Assembly: GCA_964016885.1 (NCBI GenBank)
Contig: CAXHJY010000105.1
Span: 248,001 to 312,000 of the forward strand
From: Eledone cirrhosa
Lineage: Eukaryota
Direction of reading: 5' to 3'
Length of the DNA stretch: 64,000 nucleotides
Of this stretch, positions 11,101-25,000 are shown one piece after another (within the stretch, counting starts at the first letter, position 1; each line of letters begins with the position of its first letter). The notes under the pieces are model-generated. The model was not told where the DNA came from. It did no database searches and saw only the letters and a list, made by a program, of their open reading frames with translations. Both the position numbers and the translations under genes were made by a program.

Positions 11101-13726
11101 GAGGGGAAATGTGTGTGAGAGAGAATGTGTGTATGTAAGAGAGAGAGGGGAAATGTGTGTGAGAGATAATGTGTGTATGTAAGAGAGAGAGGGGAAATAT
11201 GTGTGAGAGAGAATGTGTGTATGTAAGAGAGAGAGGGGAAAGTGTGTGTGAGATAATGTGTGTATGTAAGAGAGAGAGGGGAAATGTGTGTGAGAGAGAA
11301 TGTGTTTATGTAAGAGAGAGAGGGGAAATGTGTGTGAGAGAGAATGTGTGTATGTAAGAGAGAGAGGGGAAATGTGTTTGAGGGAGAATGTGTGTATGTA
11401 AGAGAGAGAGGGGAAATGTGTGTGAGAGAGTATGTGTGTATGTAAGAGAGAGAGGCAATGTGTGTGAGTGATAATGTGTGTATGTGTGAGAGATAATGTG
11501 TGTATGTGTGAGAGACAATGTGTGTTCGTAAGAGAGGGAGGCAATGTGTGTGAGAGATAGTGTGTGTATGTAAGAGAGAGAGGCAATGTGTGTGAGACAG
11601 AATGTGTGTATGTAAGAGAGAGTGGCAATGTGTGTATGTAAGAGAGAGAGGCAATGTGTGTGAGAGAGAATGTGTGTATGTAAGAGAGAGAGGCAATGTG
11701 TGTGAGAGAGAATGTGTGTATGTAAGAGAGAGAGAGGGGAAATGTGTGTGAGAGAGAATGTGTGTATGTAAGAGAGAGAGCGGCAATGTGTGTGAGAGAT
11801 AATGTGTGTATGTAAGAGAGGAAGGCAATGTGTGTGTGAGATAATGTGTGTATGTAAGAGAGAGAGAGGCAATGTGTGTGTGAGATAATGTGTGTATGTA
11901 AGAGAGAGAGAGGAAATGTGTGTGTGAGATAATGTGTGTATGTAAGAGAGAGAGGCAATGTGTGTGAGAGAAAACGTGTGTATGTAAGAGAGAGAGGGGA
12001 TGTGTGTGTGAGAGAGAATGTGTGTATGTAAGAGAGAGAGGCAATGTGTGTGAGAGAGAATGTGTGTATGTAAGAGAGAGGGGGGAAATGTGTGTGAGAG
12101 AGAATGTGTGTATGTAAGAGAGAGAGGGGAAATGTGTGTGTGAGATAATGTGTGTATGTAAGAGAGAGAGGGGAAATGTGTGTGTGAGATAATGTGTGTA
12201 TGTAAGAGAGAGAGGGGAAATGTGTGTGTGAGAGTATGTGTGTATGTAAGAGAGAGAGGCAATGTGTGTGAGTGATAATGTGTGTATGTGTGAGAGATAA
12301 TGTGTGTATGTGTGAGAGACAATGTGTGTTCGTAAGAGAGGGAGGCAATGTGTGTGAGAGATAATGTGTGTATGTAAGAGAGAGAGGCAATGTGTGTGAG
12401 AGAGAATGTGTGTATGTAAGAGAGAGAGGCAATGTGTGTATGTAAGAGAGAGAGGCAATGTGTGTGAGAGAGAATGTGTGTATGTAAGAGAGAGAGGCAA
12501 TGTGTGTATGTAACAGAGAGAGAGGGGAAATGTGTGTGAGAGAGAATGTGTGTATGTAAGAGAGAGAGCGGCAATGTGTGTGAGAGATAATGTGTGTATG
12601 TAAGAGGGAGAGAGAGGCAATGTGTGTGTGAGATAATGTGTGTATGTAAGAGAGAGAGAGGAAATGTGTGTGTGAGATAATGTGTGTATGTAAGAGAGAG
12701 AGGCAATGTGTGTGAGAGAAAACGTGTGTATGTAAGAGAGAGAGGGGAAGTGTGTGTGAGAGAGAATGTGTGTATGTAAGAGAGAGAGGCAATGTGTGTG
12801 AGAGAGAATGTGTGTATGTAAGAGAGAGGGGGGAAATGTGTGTGAGAGAGAATGTGTGTATGTAAGAGAGAGAGGGGAAATGTGTGTGTGAGATAATGTG
12901 TGTATGTAAGAGAGAGAGGGGAAATGTGTGTGAGAGAGAATGTGTGTATGTAAGAGAGAGAGGGGAAATGTGTGTGTGAGATAATGTGTGTATGTAAGAG
13001 AGAGAGGGGAAATGTGTGTGTGAGATAATGTGTGTATGTAATAGAGAGAGGCAATGTGTGTGAGAGAGAATGTGTGTATATAAGAGAGAGAGGGGAAATG
13101 TGTGTGGAGAGAATGTGTGTATGTAAGAGAGAGAGGGGAAATGTGTGTGCGAGATAATGTGTGTATGTAAGAGAGGGAGGGGAAATGTGTGTGAGAGAGA
13201 ATGTGTGTATGTAAGAGAGAGAGGCAATGTGTGTGTGAGAGAATGTATGTATGTAAGAGAGAGAGCGGCAATGGGTGTGTGAGATAATGTGTGTATGTAA
13301 GAGAGAGAGGGGAAATGTGTGTGAGAGAGAATGTGTGTATGTAAGCGAGAGAGGGGAAATGTGTGTGAGAGATAATGTGTGTATGTAAGAGAGAGAGGGG
13401 ACATGTGTGTGAGAGAGAATGTGTGTATGTAAGAGAGAGAGGGGAAATGTGTGTGAGAGAGAATGTGTGTATGTAAGAGAGAGAGGGGAAATGTGTGTGA
13501 GAGAGAATGTGTGTATGTAAGAGAGAGAGGGGAAATGTCTGTGAGAGAGAATGTGTGTATGTAAGAGAGAGAGGGGAAATATGTGTGAGAGAGAATGTGT
13601 GTATGTAAGAGAGAGAGGGGAAATGTGTGTGAGAGAGAATGTGTGTATGTAAGAGAGAGAGGGGGGAAATGTGTGTGAGAGAGAATGTGTGTATGTAAGA
13701 GAGAGAGGGGAAATGTGTGTGAGAGA
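8170..13726 (+). repeat. Near-perfect tandem higher-order duplication, 2 x 2780 bp
   Basis: The rare variant GCGGCAATGGGTG occurs with ATGGG at 10491 and 13271. Identical + ORFs start at 8389 and 11169, and the GTGTTTATG stop sits at 8526 and 11306. All three are offset by 2780. Boundaries are approximate. Confidence 0.9.
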
Positions 13727-16700
13727 TAATGTGTGTATGTAAGAGAGAGAGGGGAAATGTGTGTGAGAGATAATGTGTGTATGTAAGAGAGAGAGAGGAA
13801 ATGTGTGTGAGAGAGAATGTGTGTATGTAAGAGAGAGAGGAGAAATGTGTGTGAGAGCGAATGTGTGTATGTAAGAGAGAGAGGCAATGTGTGTGAGAGA
13901 AAATGTGTGTATGTGTGAGAGAAAATGTGTGTATGTGTGAGAGAGAATGTGTGTTCGTAAGAGAGGGAGGCAATGTGTGTGAGAGATAATGTGTGTATGT
14001 AAGAGAGACAGGCAATGTGTGTATGTGAGAGAGAGAGGCAATGTGTGTGAGAAAGAATGTGTGTATGTAAGAGAGAGAGGCAATGTGTGTGAGAGAGAAT
14101 GTGTGTATGTAAGAGAGACAGGCAATGTGTGTATGTGAGAGAGAGAGGCAATGTGTGTGAGAAAGAATGTGTGTATGTAAGAGAGAGAGGCAATGTGTGT
14201 GAGAGAGAATGTGTGTATGTAAGAGAGAGAGAGGGGAAATGTGTGTGAGAGAGAATGTGTGTATGTAAGAGAGAGAGGGGCAATGTGTGTGAGAGAGAAT
14301 GTGTGTATGTAAGAGAGAGAGGGGAAATGTGTGTGACAGAGAATGTGTGTATGTAAGAGAGAGAGGCAATGTGTGTGAGAGAGAATGATTGTATGTAAGA
14401 GAGAAAGGGGAAATGTGTGTGAGAGAGGATGTGTGTATGTAAGAGAGAGAGGGGAAATATGTGTGAGAGAGAATGTGTGTATGTAAGAGAGAGAGGCAAT
14501 GTGTGTGTGAGATAATGTGTGTATGTAAGAGAGAGAGGGGAAATGTGTGTGAGAGAGAATGTGTTTATGTAAGAGAGAGAGGGCAAATGTGTGTGAGAGA
14601 GAATGTGTGTATGTAAGAGAGAGAGGGGAAATGTGTTTGAGGGAGAATGTGTGTATGTAAGAGAGAGAGGGGAAATGTGTGTGAGAGAGTATGTGTGTAT
14701 GTAAGAGAGAGAGGCAATGTGTGTGAGTGATAATGTGTGTATGTGTGAGAGATAATGTGTGCATGTGTGAGAGACAATGTGTGTTCGTAAGAGAGGGAGG
14801 CAATGTGTGTGAGAGATAGTGTGTGTATGTAAGAGAGAGAGGCAATGTGTGTGAGACAGAATGTGTGTATGTAAGAGAGAGTGGCAATGTGTGTATGTAA
14901 GAGAGAGAGGCAATGTGTGTGAGAGAGAATGTGTGTATGTAAGAGAGAGAGGCAATGTGTGTGAGAGAGAATGTGTGTATGTAAGAGAGAGAGAGGGGAA
15001 ATGTGTGTGAGAGAGAATGTGTGTATGTAAGAGAGAGAGCGGCAATGTGTGTGAGAGATAATGTGTGTATGTAAGAGAGGAAGGCAATGTGTGTGTGAGA
15101 TAATGTGTGTATGTAAGAGAGAGAGAGGCAATGTGTGTGTGAGATAATGTGTGTATGTAAGAGAGAGAGAGGAAATGTGTGTGTGAGATAATGTGTGTAT
15201 GTAAGAGAGAGAGGCAATGTGTGTGAGAGAAAACGTGTGTATGTAAGAGAGAGAGGGGATGTGTGTGTGAGAGAGAATGTGTGTATGTAAGAGAGAGAGG
15301 CAATGTGTGTGAGAGAGAATGTGTGTATGTAAGAGAGAGGGGGGAAATGTGTGTGAGAGAGAATGTGTGTATGTAAGAGAGAGAGGGGAAATGTGTGTGT
15401 GAGATAATGTGTGTATGTAAGAGAGAGAGGGGAAATGTGTGTGTGAGATAATGTGTGTATGTAAGAGAGAGAGGGGAAATGTGTGTGTGAGAGTATGTGT
15501 GTATGTAAGAGAGAGAGGCAATGTGTGTGAGAGAGAATGTGTGTATGTAAGAGAGAGAGAGGGGAAATGTGTGTGAGAGAGAATGTGTGTATGTAAGAGA
15601 GAGAGGGGCAATGTGTGTGAGAGAGAATGTGTGTATGTAAGAGAGAGAGGGGAAATGTGTGTGACAGAGAATGTGTGTATGTAAGAGAGAGAGGCAATGT
15701 GTGTGAGAGAGAATGATTGTATGTAAGAGAGAGAGGGGAAATGTGTGTGAGAGAGGATGTGTGTATGTAAGAGAGAGAGGGGAATGTGTGTGTGAGATAA
15801 TGTGTGTATGTAAGAGAGAGAGGGGAAATGTGTGTGAGAGAGAATGTGTGTATGTAAGAGAGAGAGGGGAAATTTGTGTGAGAGAGAATGTGTGTATGTA
15901 AGAGAGAGAGCGGAAATGTGTGTGAGAGAGAATGTGTGTATGTAAGAGAGAGAGGGGAAATGTGTGTGAGAGATAATGTGTGTATGTAAGAGAGAGAGGA
16001 GAAATGTGTGTGAGATAATGTGTGTATGTAAGAGAGAGAGGGGAAATGTGTGTGAGAGATAACGTGTGTATGTAAGAGATAGAGGGGAAATGTGTGTGTG
16101 AGAGAATGTGTGTATGTAAGAGAGAGAGGCAATGTGTGTGTGAGATAATGTGTGTATGTAAGAGAGAGAGGAGAAATGTGTGTGAGATAATGTGTGTATG
16201 TAAGAGAGGGAGGCAATGTGTGTGAGAGAGAATGTGTGTATGTAAGAGAGAGAGGGAAATGTGTGTGAGAGAGAATGTGTGCATGTAAGAGAGAGAGGGG
16301 AAATGTGTGTGAGAGAGAATGTGTGTATGTAAGAGAGAGAGGGGAATGTGTGTGTGAGATAATGTGTGTATGTAAGAGAGAGAGGAGAAATGTGTGTGAG
16401 ATAATGTGTGTATGTAAGAGAGGGAGGCAATGTGTGTGAGAGAGAATGTGTGTATGTAAGAGAGAGAGGCAATGTGTGTGAGAGAGAATGATTGTATGCA
16501 AGAGAGAGAGGGGAAATGTGTGTGAGAGGGAATGTGTGTATGTAAGAGAGAGAGGGGAAATGTGTGTGAGAGAGAATGTGTGTATGTAAGAGAGAGAGGG
16601 GAAATGTGTGTGAGAGATAATGTGTGTATGTAAGAGAGAGAGAGGAAATGTGTGTGAGAGAGAATGTGTGTATGTAAGAGAGAGAGAGGGGAAATGTGTG

Positions 16701-19079
16701 TGAGAGAGAATGTGTTTATGTAAGAGAGAGAGGGGAAATGTGTGTGAGAGATAATGTGTGTATGTAAGACAGAGAGGGGAAATGTGTGTGAGAGATAATG
16801 TGTGTATGTAAGAGAGAGAGGCAATGTGTGTGAGAGAGAATGTGTGTATGTAACAGAGAGAGAGGGTAAATATGTGTGAGAGAGAATGTGTGTATGTAAG
16901 AGAGAGAGCGGCAATGTGTGTGAGAGATAATGTGTGTATGTAAGAGAGGGAGGCAATGTGTGTGTGAGATAATGTGTGTATGTAAGAGAGAGAGAGGAAA
17001 TGTGTGTGTGAGATAATGTGTGTATGTAAGAGAGAGAGGCAATGTGTGTGAGAGAAAACGTGTGTATGTAAGAGAGAGAGGGGAAGTGTGTGTGAGAGAG
17101 AATGTGTGTATGTAAGAGAGAGAGGCAATGTGTGTGAGAGAGAATGTGTGTATGTAAGAGAGAGGGGGGAAATGTATGTGAGAGAGAATGTGTGTATGTA
17201 AGAGAGAGAGGGGAAATGTGTGTGTGAGATAATGTGTGTATGTAAGAGAGAGAGGGGAAATGTGTGTGTGAGATAATGTGTGTATGTAATAGAGAGAGGC
17301 AATGTGTGTGAGAGAGAATGTGTGTATATAAGAGAGAGAGGGGATATGTGTGTGGAGAGAATGTGTGTATGTAAGAGAGAGAGGGGAAATGTGTGTGCGA
17401 GATAATGTGTGTATGTAAGAGAGAGAGGGGAAATGTGTGTGAGAGAGAATGTGTGTATGTAAGAGAGAGAGGCAATGTGTGTGTGAGAGAATGTATGTAT
17501 GTAAGAGAGAGAGGGGCAATGTGTGTGTGAGATAATGTGTGTATGTAAGAGAGAGAGGGGAAATGTGTGTGAGAGAGAATGTGTGTATCTAAGCGAGAGA
17601 GGGGAAATGTGTGTGAGAGATAATGTGTGTATGTAAGAGAGAGAGGGGAAATGTGTGTGAGAGAGAATGTGTGTATGTAAGAGAGAGAGGAGAAATGTGT
17701 GTGAGAGAGAATGTGTGTATGTAAGAGAGAGAGGGGAAATGTGTGTGAGAGAGAATGTGTGTATGTAAGAGAGAGAGGGGAAATGTGTCTGAGAGAGAAT
17801 GTGTGTATGTAAGAGAGAGAGGGGAAATGTGTGTGAGAGAGAATGTGTGTATGTAAGAGAGAGAGGGGAAATGTGTGTGAGAGAGAATGTGTGTATGTAA
17901 GAGAGAGAGGGGGGAAATGTGTGTGAGAGAGAATGTGTGTATGTAAGAGAGAGAGGGGAAATGTGTGTGAGAGATAATGTGTGTATGTAAGAGAGAGAGG
18001 GGAAATGTGTGTGAGAGATAATGTGTGTATGTAAGAGAGAGAGAGGAAATGTGTGTGAGAGAGAATGTGTGTATGTAAGAGAGAGAGGAGAAATGTGTGT
18101 GAGAGAGAATGTGTGTATGTAAGAGAGAGAGGCAATGTGTGTGAGAGATAATGTGTGTATGTGTGAGAGATAATGTGTGTATTTGTGAGAGAGAATGTGT
18201 TTTCGTAAGAGAGGGAGGCAATGTGTGTGAGAGATAATGTGTGTATGTAAGAGAGAGAGGCAATGTGTGTGAGAGAGAATGTGTGTATGTAAGAGAGAGA
18301 GGCAATGTGTGTATGTGAGAGAGAGAGGCAATGTGTGTGAGAGAGAATGTGTGTATGTAAGAGAGAGAGGCAAAGTGTGTGAGAGAGAATGTGTGTATGT
18401 AAGAGAGAGAGAGGGGAAATGTGTGTGAGAGAGAATGTGTGTATGTAAGAGAGAGAGGGGCAATGTGTGTGAGAGAGAATGTGTGTATGTAAGAGAGAGA
18501 GGGGAAATGTGTGTGAGAGAGAATGTGTGTATGTAAGAGAGAGAGGCAATGTGTGTGAGAGAGAATGATTGTATGTAAGAGAGAGAGGGGAAATGTGTGT
18601 GAGAGAGGATGTGTGTATGTAAGAGAGAGAGGGGAATGTGTGTGTGAGATAATGTGTGTATGTAAGAGAGAGAGGGGAAATGTGTGTGAGAGAGAATGTG
18701 TGTATGTAAGAGAGAGAGGGGAAATTTGTGTGAGAGAGAATGTGTGTATGTAAGAGAGAGAGCGGAAATGTGTGTGAGAGAGAATGTGTGTATGTAAGAG
18801 AGAGAGGAGAAATGTGTGTGAGAGATAATGTGTGTATGTAAGAGAGACATGGGAAATGTGTGTGTGAGAGAATGTGTGTATGTAAGAGAGAGAGGCAATG
18901 TGTGTGTGTAAGAGAGAGAGGAGAAATGTGTGTGAGATAATGTGTGTATGTAAGAGAGGGAGGCAATGTGTGTGAGAGAGAATGTGTGTATGTAAGAGAG
19001 AGAGGGAAATGTGTGTGAGAGAGAATGTGTGCATGTAAGAGAGAGAGGGGAATGTGTGTGTGAGATAATGTGTGTATGT

Positions 19080-22000
19080 AAGAGAGAGAGGGGAAATGTG
19101 TGTGAGGGAGAATGTGTGTATGTAAGAGAGAGAGGGGAAATGTGTGTGAGAGAGAATGTGTGTATGTAAGAGAGAGAGGGGAAATGTGTGTGAGAGAGAA
19201 TGTGTGTATGTAAGAGAGAGAGAGGGGAAATGTGTGTGAGAGAGAATGTGTGTATGTAAGAGAGAGAGGGGAAATGTGTGTGAGAGATAATGTGTGTATG
19301 TAAGAGAGAGAGGGGAAATGTGTGTGAGAGATAATGTGTGTATGTAAGAGAGAGAGAGGAAATGTGTGTGAGAGAGAATGTGTGTATGTAAGAGAGAGAG
19401 GGGAAATGTGTGTGAGAGAGAATGTGTGTATGTAAGAGACAGAGGCAATGTGTGTGAGAGATAATGTGTGTATGTGTGAGAGAGAATGTGTGTTCGTAAG
19501 AGAGGGAGGCAATGTGTGTGAGAGATAATGTGTGTATGTAAGAGACAGAGGCAATGTGTGTGAGAGAGAATGTGTGTATGTAAGAGAGAGAGGCAATGTC
19601 TGTATGTGAGAGAGAGAGACAATGTGTGTGAGAGAGAATGTGTGTATGTAAGAGAGAGAGGCAATGTGTGTGAGAGAGAATGTGTGTATGTAAGAGAGAG
19701 AGAGGGGAAATGTGTATGAGAGAGAATGTGTGTATGTAAGAGAGAGAGGGGCAATGTGTGTGAGAGAGAATGTGTGTATGTAAGAGAGAGAGGGGAAATG
19801 TGTGTGAGAGAGAATGTGTGTATGTAAGAGAGGGAGGCAATTTGTGTGAGAGAGAATGTGTGTATGTAAGAGAGAGAGGGGAAATGTGTGTGAGAGAGAA
19901 TGTGTGTATGTAAGAGAGAGAGGGGAATGTGTGTGTGAGATAATGTGTGTATGTAAGAGAGAGAGGGGAAATGTGTGTGAGAGAGAATGTGTGTATGTAA
20001 GATAGAGAGGGGAAATGTGTGTGAGAGAGAATGTGTGTATGTAAGAGAGAGAGGGGAAATGTGTGTGAGAGATAATGTGTGTATGTAAGAGAGAGAGGGG
20101 AAATGTGTGTGAGAGAGAATGTGTGTATGTAAGAGAGAGAGGGGAAATGTGTGTGAGAGAGAATGTGTGTATGTAAGAGAGAGAGGGGAAATGTGTGTGA
20201 GAGATAATGTGTGTATGTAAGAGAGAGAGGGGAAATGTGTGTGAGAGAGAATGTGTGTATGTAAGAGAGAGAGGGGAATGTGTATGTGAGATAATGTGTG
20301 TATGTAAGAGAGAGAGGGGAAATGTGTGTGAGAGAGAATGTGTTTATGTAAGAGAGAGAGGGGAAATGTGTGTGAGAGAGAATGTGTGTATGTAAGAGAG
20401 AGAGGGGAAATGTGTTTGAGAGAGAATGTGTGTATGTAAGAGAGAGAGGGGAAATGTGTGTGGGAGAGTATGTGTGTATGTAAGAGAGAGAGGCAATGTG
20501 TGTGAGTGATAATGTGTGTATGTGTGAGAGATAATGTGTGTATGTGTGAGAGACAATGTGTGTTCGTAAGAGAGGGAGGCAATGTGTGTGAGAGATAATG
20601 TGTGTATGTAAGAGAGAGAGGCAATGTGTGTGAGACAGAATGTGTGTATGTAAGAGAGAGAGGCAATGTGTGTATGTAAGAGAGAGAGGCAATGTGTGTG
20701 AGAGAGAATGTGTGTATGTAAGAGAGAGAGGCAATGTGTGTGAGAGAGAATGTGTGTATGTAAGAGAGAGAGAGGGGAAATGTGTGTGTGAGATAATGTG
20801 TGTATGTAAGAGAGAGAGAGAGGCAATGTGTGTGTGAGATAATGTGTGTATGTAAGAGAGAGAGAGGAAATGTGTGTGTGAGATAATGTGTGTATGTAAG
20901 AGAGAGAGGCAATGTGTGTGAGAGAAAACGTGTGTATGTAAGAGAGAGAGGGGATGTGTGTGTGAGAGAGAATGTGTGTATGTAAGAGAGAGGGGGGAAA
21001 TGTGTGTGAGAGAGAATGTGTGTATGTAAGAGAGAGAGGGGAAATGTGTGTGTGAGATAATGTGTGTATGTAATAGAGAGAGGGGAAATGTGTGTTTAGA
21101 TAATGTGTGTATGTAAGAGAGAGAGGGGAAATGTGTCTGTGAGAGTATGTGTGTATGTAAGGGAGAGAGGCAATGTGTGTGAGTGATAATGTGTGTATGT
21201 GCGAGAGATAATGTGTGTATGTGTGAGAGACAATGTGTGTTCGTAAGAGAGGGAGGCAATGTGTGTGAGAGATAATGTGTGTATGTAAGAGAGAGAGGCA
21301 ATGTGTGTGAGAGAGAATGTGTGTATGTAAGAGAGAGAGGCAATGTGTGTATGTAAGAGAGAGAGGCAATGTGTGTGAGAGAGAATGTGTGTATGTAAGA
21401 GAGAGAGGCAATGTGTGTGAGAGAGAATGTGTGTATGTAACAGAGAGAGAGGGGAAATGTGTGTGAGAGAGAATGTGTGTATGTAAGAGAGAGAGCGGCA
21501 ATGTGTGTGAGAGATAATGTGTGTTCGTAAGAGAGGGAGGCAATGTGTGTGAGAGAGAATGTGTGTACGTAAGAGAGAGAGGCAATGTGTGTATCTGAGA
21601 GAGAGAGGCAATGTGTGTGAGAGATAATGTGTGTATGTAAGAGAGAGAGGCAATGTGTGTGAGAGAGAATGTGTGTACGTAAGAGAGAGAGGCAATGTGT
21701 GTATCTGAGAGAGAGAGGCAATGTGTGTGAGAGATAATGTGTGTATGTAAGAGAGAGAGGCAATGTGTGTGAGAGAGAATGTGTGTATGTAACAGAGAGA
21801 GAGGGGAAATGTGTGTGAGAGTGAATGTGTGTATGTAAGAGAGAGAGGGGCGATGTGTGTGAGAGAGAATGTGTGTATGTAAGAGAGAGAGGGGAAATGT
21901 GTGTGAGAGAGAATGTGTGTATGTAAGAGAGAGAGGGGAAATGTGTGTGAGAGAGAATGTGTGTATGTAAGAGAGAGAGGGGAATGTGTGTGTGAGATAA

Positions 22001-25000
22001 TGTGTGTATGTAAGAGAGAGAGGGGAAATGTGTGTGAGAGAGAATGTGTGTATGTAAGACAGAGAGGGGAAATGTGTGTGAGAGAGAATGTGTGTATGTA
22101 AGAGAGAGAGGGGAAATGTGTGTGAGAGAGAATGTGTGTATGTAAGAGAGAGAGGGGAAATGTGTGTGAGAGATAATGTGTGTATGTAAGAGAGAGAGGG
22201 GAAATGTGTGTGAGAGAGAATGTGTGTATGTAAGAGAGAGAGGGGAAATGTGTGTGAGAGAGAATGTGTGTATGTAAGAGAGAGAGGGGAAATGTGTGTG
22301 AGAGAGAATGTGTGTATGTAAGAGAGAGAGGGGAAATGTGTGTGAGAGAGAATGTGTGTATGTAAGAGAGAGAGGGGAAATGTGTTTCAGAGAGAATGTG
22401 TGTATGTAAGAGAGAGAGGGGAAATGTGTGTGAGAGAGTATGTGTGTATGTAAGAGAGAGAGGCAATGTGTGTGAGTGATAATGTGTGTATGTGTGAGAG
22501 ATAATGTGTGTATGTGTGAGAGACAATGTGTGTTCGTAAGAGAGGGAGGCAATGTGTGTGAGAGATAATGTGTGTATGTAAGAGAGAGAGGCAATGTGTG
22601 TGAGAGAGAATGTGTGTATGTAAGAGAGAGAGGCAATGTGTGTGAGAGAGAATGTGTGTATGTAAGAGAGAGAGGCAATGTGTGTGAGAGAGAATATGTG
22701 TATGTAACAGAGAGAGAGGGGAAATGTGTGTGAGAGAGAATGTGTGTATGTAAGAGAGAGAGCGGCAATGTGTGTGAGAGATAATGTGTGTATGTAAGAG
22801 AGGGAGGCAATGTGTGTGTGAGATAATGTGTGTATGTAAGAGAGAGAGAGAGGCAATGTGTGTGTGAGATAATGTGTGTATGTAAGAGAGAGAGAGGAAA
22901 TGTGTGTTTGAGATAATGTGTGTATGTAAGAGAGAGAGGCAATGTGTGTGAGAGAAAACGTGTGTATGTAAGAGAGAGAGGGGAAGTGTGTGTGAGAGAG
23001 AATGTGTGTATGTAAGAGAGAGAGGCAATGTGTGTGAGAGAGAATGTGTGTATGTAAGAGAGAGGGGGGAAATGTGTGTGAGAGAGAATGTGTGTATGTA
23101 AGAGAGAGAGGGGAAATGTGTGTGTGAGATAATGTGTGTATGTAATAGAGAGAGGCAATGTGTGTGAGAGAGAATGTGTGTATGTAAGAGAGAGAGGGGA
23201 AATGTGTGTGAGAGAGAATGTGTGTATGTAAGAGAGAGAGGCAATGTGTGTGAGAGAGAATGTGTGTATGTAAGAGAGAGGGGCAATGTGTGTGAGAGAG
23301 AATGTGTGTATGTAAGAGAGGGAGGCAATGTGTGTGAGAGAGAATGTGTGTATGTAAGAGAGAGAGGGGAAATGTGTGTGAGAGATAATGTGTGTATGTA
23401 AGTGAGAGAGGGGAAATGTGTGTGAGAGATAATGTGTGTATGTAAGAGAGAGAGAGGAAATGTGTGTGAGAGAGAATGTGTGTATGTAAGAGAGAGAGGA
23501 GAAATGTGTGTGAGAGATAATGTGTGTATGTAAGAGAGAGAGAGGAAATGTGTGTGAGAGAGAATGTGTGTATGTAAGAGAGAGAGGCAATGTGTGTGAG
23601 AGATAATGTGTGTATGTGTGAGAGAGAATGTGTGTGAGAGAGAATGTGTGTACGTAAGAGAGAGAGGGGAAATGTGTGTGAGAGAGAATGTGTGTTCGTA
23701 AGAGAGGGAGGCAATGTGTGTGAGAGATAATGTGTGTATGTAAGAGAGAGAGGCAATGTGTGTGAGAGAGAATGTGTGTATGTAAGAGAGAGAGGCAATG
23801 TGTGTATCTGAGAGAGAGAGGCAATGTGTGTGAGAGAGAATGTGTGTATGTAAGAGAGAGAGGCAATGTGTGTGAGAGAGAATGTGTGTATGTAAGAGAG
23901 AGAGAAGGGAAATGTGTGTGAGAGAGAATGTGTGTATGTAAGAGAGAGAGGGGCGATGTGTGTGAGAGAGAATGTGTGTATGTAAGAGAGAGAGGGGAAA
24001 TGTGTGTGAGAGAGAATGTGTGTATGTAAGAGAGAGAGGGGAAATGTGTGTGAGAGAGAATGTGTGTATGTAAGAGAGAGAGGGGAATGTGTGTGTGAGA
24101 TAATGTGTGTATGTAAGAGAGAGAGGGGAAATGTGTGTGAGGGAGAATGTGTGTATGTAAGACAGAGAGGGGAAATGTGTGTGAGAGAGAATGTGTGTAT
24201 GTAAGAGAGAGAGGGGAAATGTGTGTGAGAGAGAATGTGTGTATGTAAGAGAGAGAGGGGAAATGTGTGTGAGAGATAATGTGTGTATGTAAGAGAGAGA
24301 GGGGAAATGTGTGTGAGAGAGAATGTGTGTATGTAAGAGAGAGAGGGGAAATGTGTGTGAGAGAGAATGTGTGTATGTTATGAGATAGAGGGGAAATGTG
24401 TGTGAGATAATGTGTGTATGTAAGAGAGAGAGGCAATGTGTGTTTGAGATAATGTGTGTATGTAAGAGAGAGAGGGGAAATGTGTGTGAGAGAGAATGTG
24501 TGTATGTAAGAGAGAGGGGCAATGTGTGTGTGAGATAATGTGTGTATGTAAGAGAGAGAGGCAATGTGTGTTAGAGAGAATGTGTGTATGTAAGAGAGAG
24601 AGGGGAAATGTGTGTGAGAGAGAATGTGTGTATGTAAGAGAGAGAGGGGAAACGTGTGTGAGAGAGAATGTGTGTATGTAAGAGAGAGGGGCAATGTGTG
24701 TGTGAGATAATGTGTGTATGTAAGAGAGAGAGGGGAAATGTGTGTGAGAGAGAATGTGTGTATGTAAGAAAGAGAGGGGAAATGTGTGTGTGAGATAATT
24801 TGTGTATGTAAGAGAGAGAGGCAATGTGTGTGAGAGTGAATGTGTGTATGTAAGAGAGAGAGGGGAAATGTGTGTGAGAGAGAATGTGTGTATGTAAGAG
24901 AGGAAGGCAATGTGTGTGAGAGAGAATGATTGTATGTAAGAGAGAGAGGGGAAATATGTGTGAGAGAGGATGTGTGTATGTAAGAGAGAGAGGGGAAATG

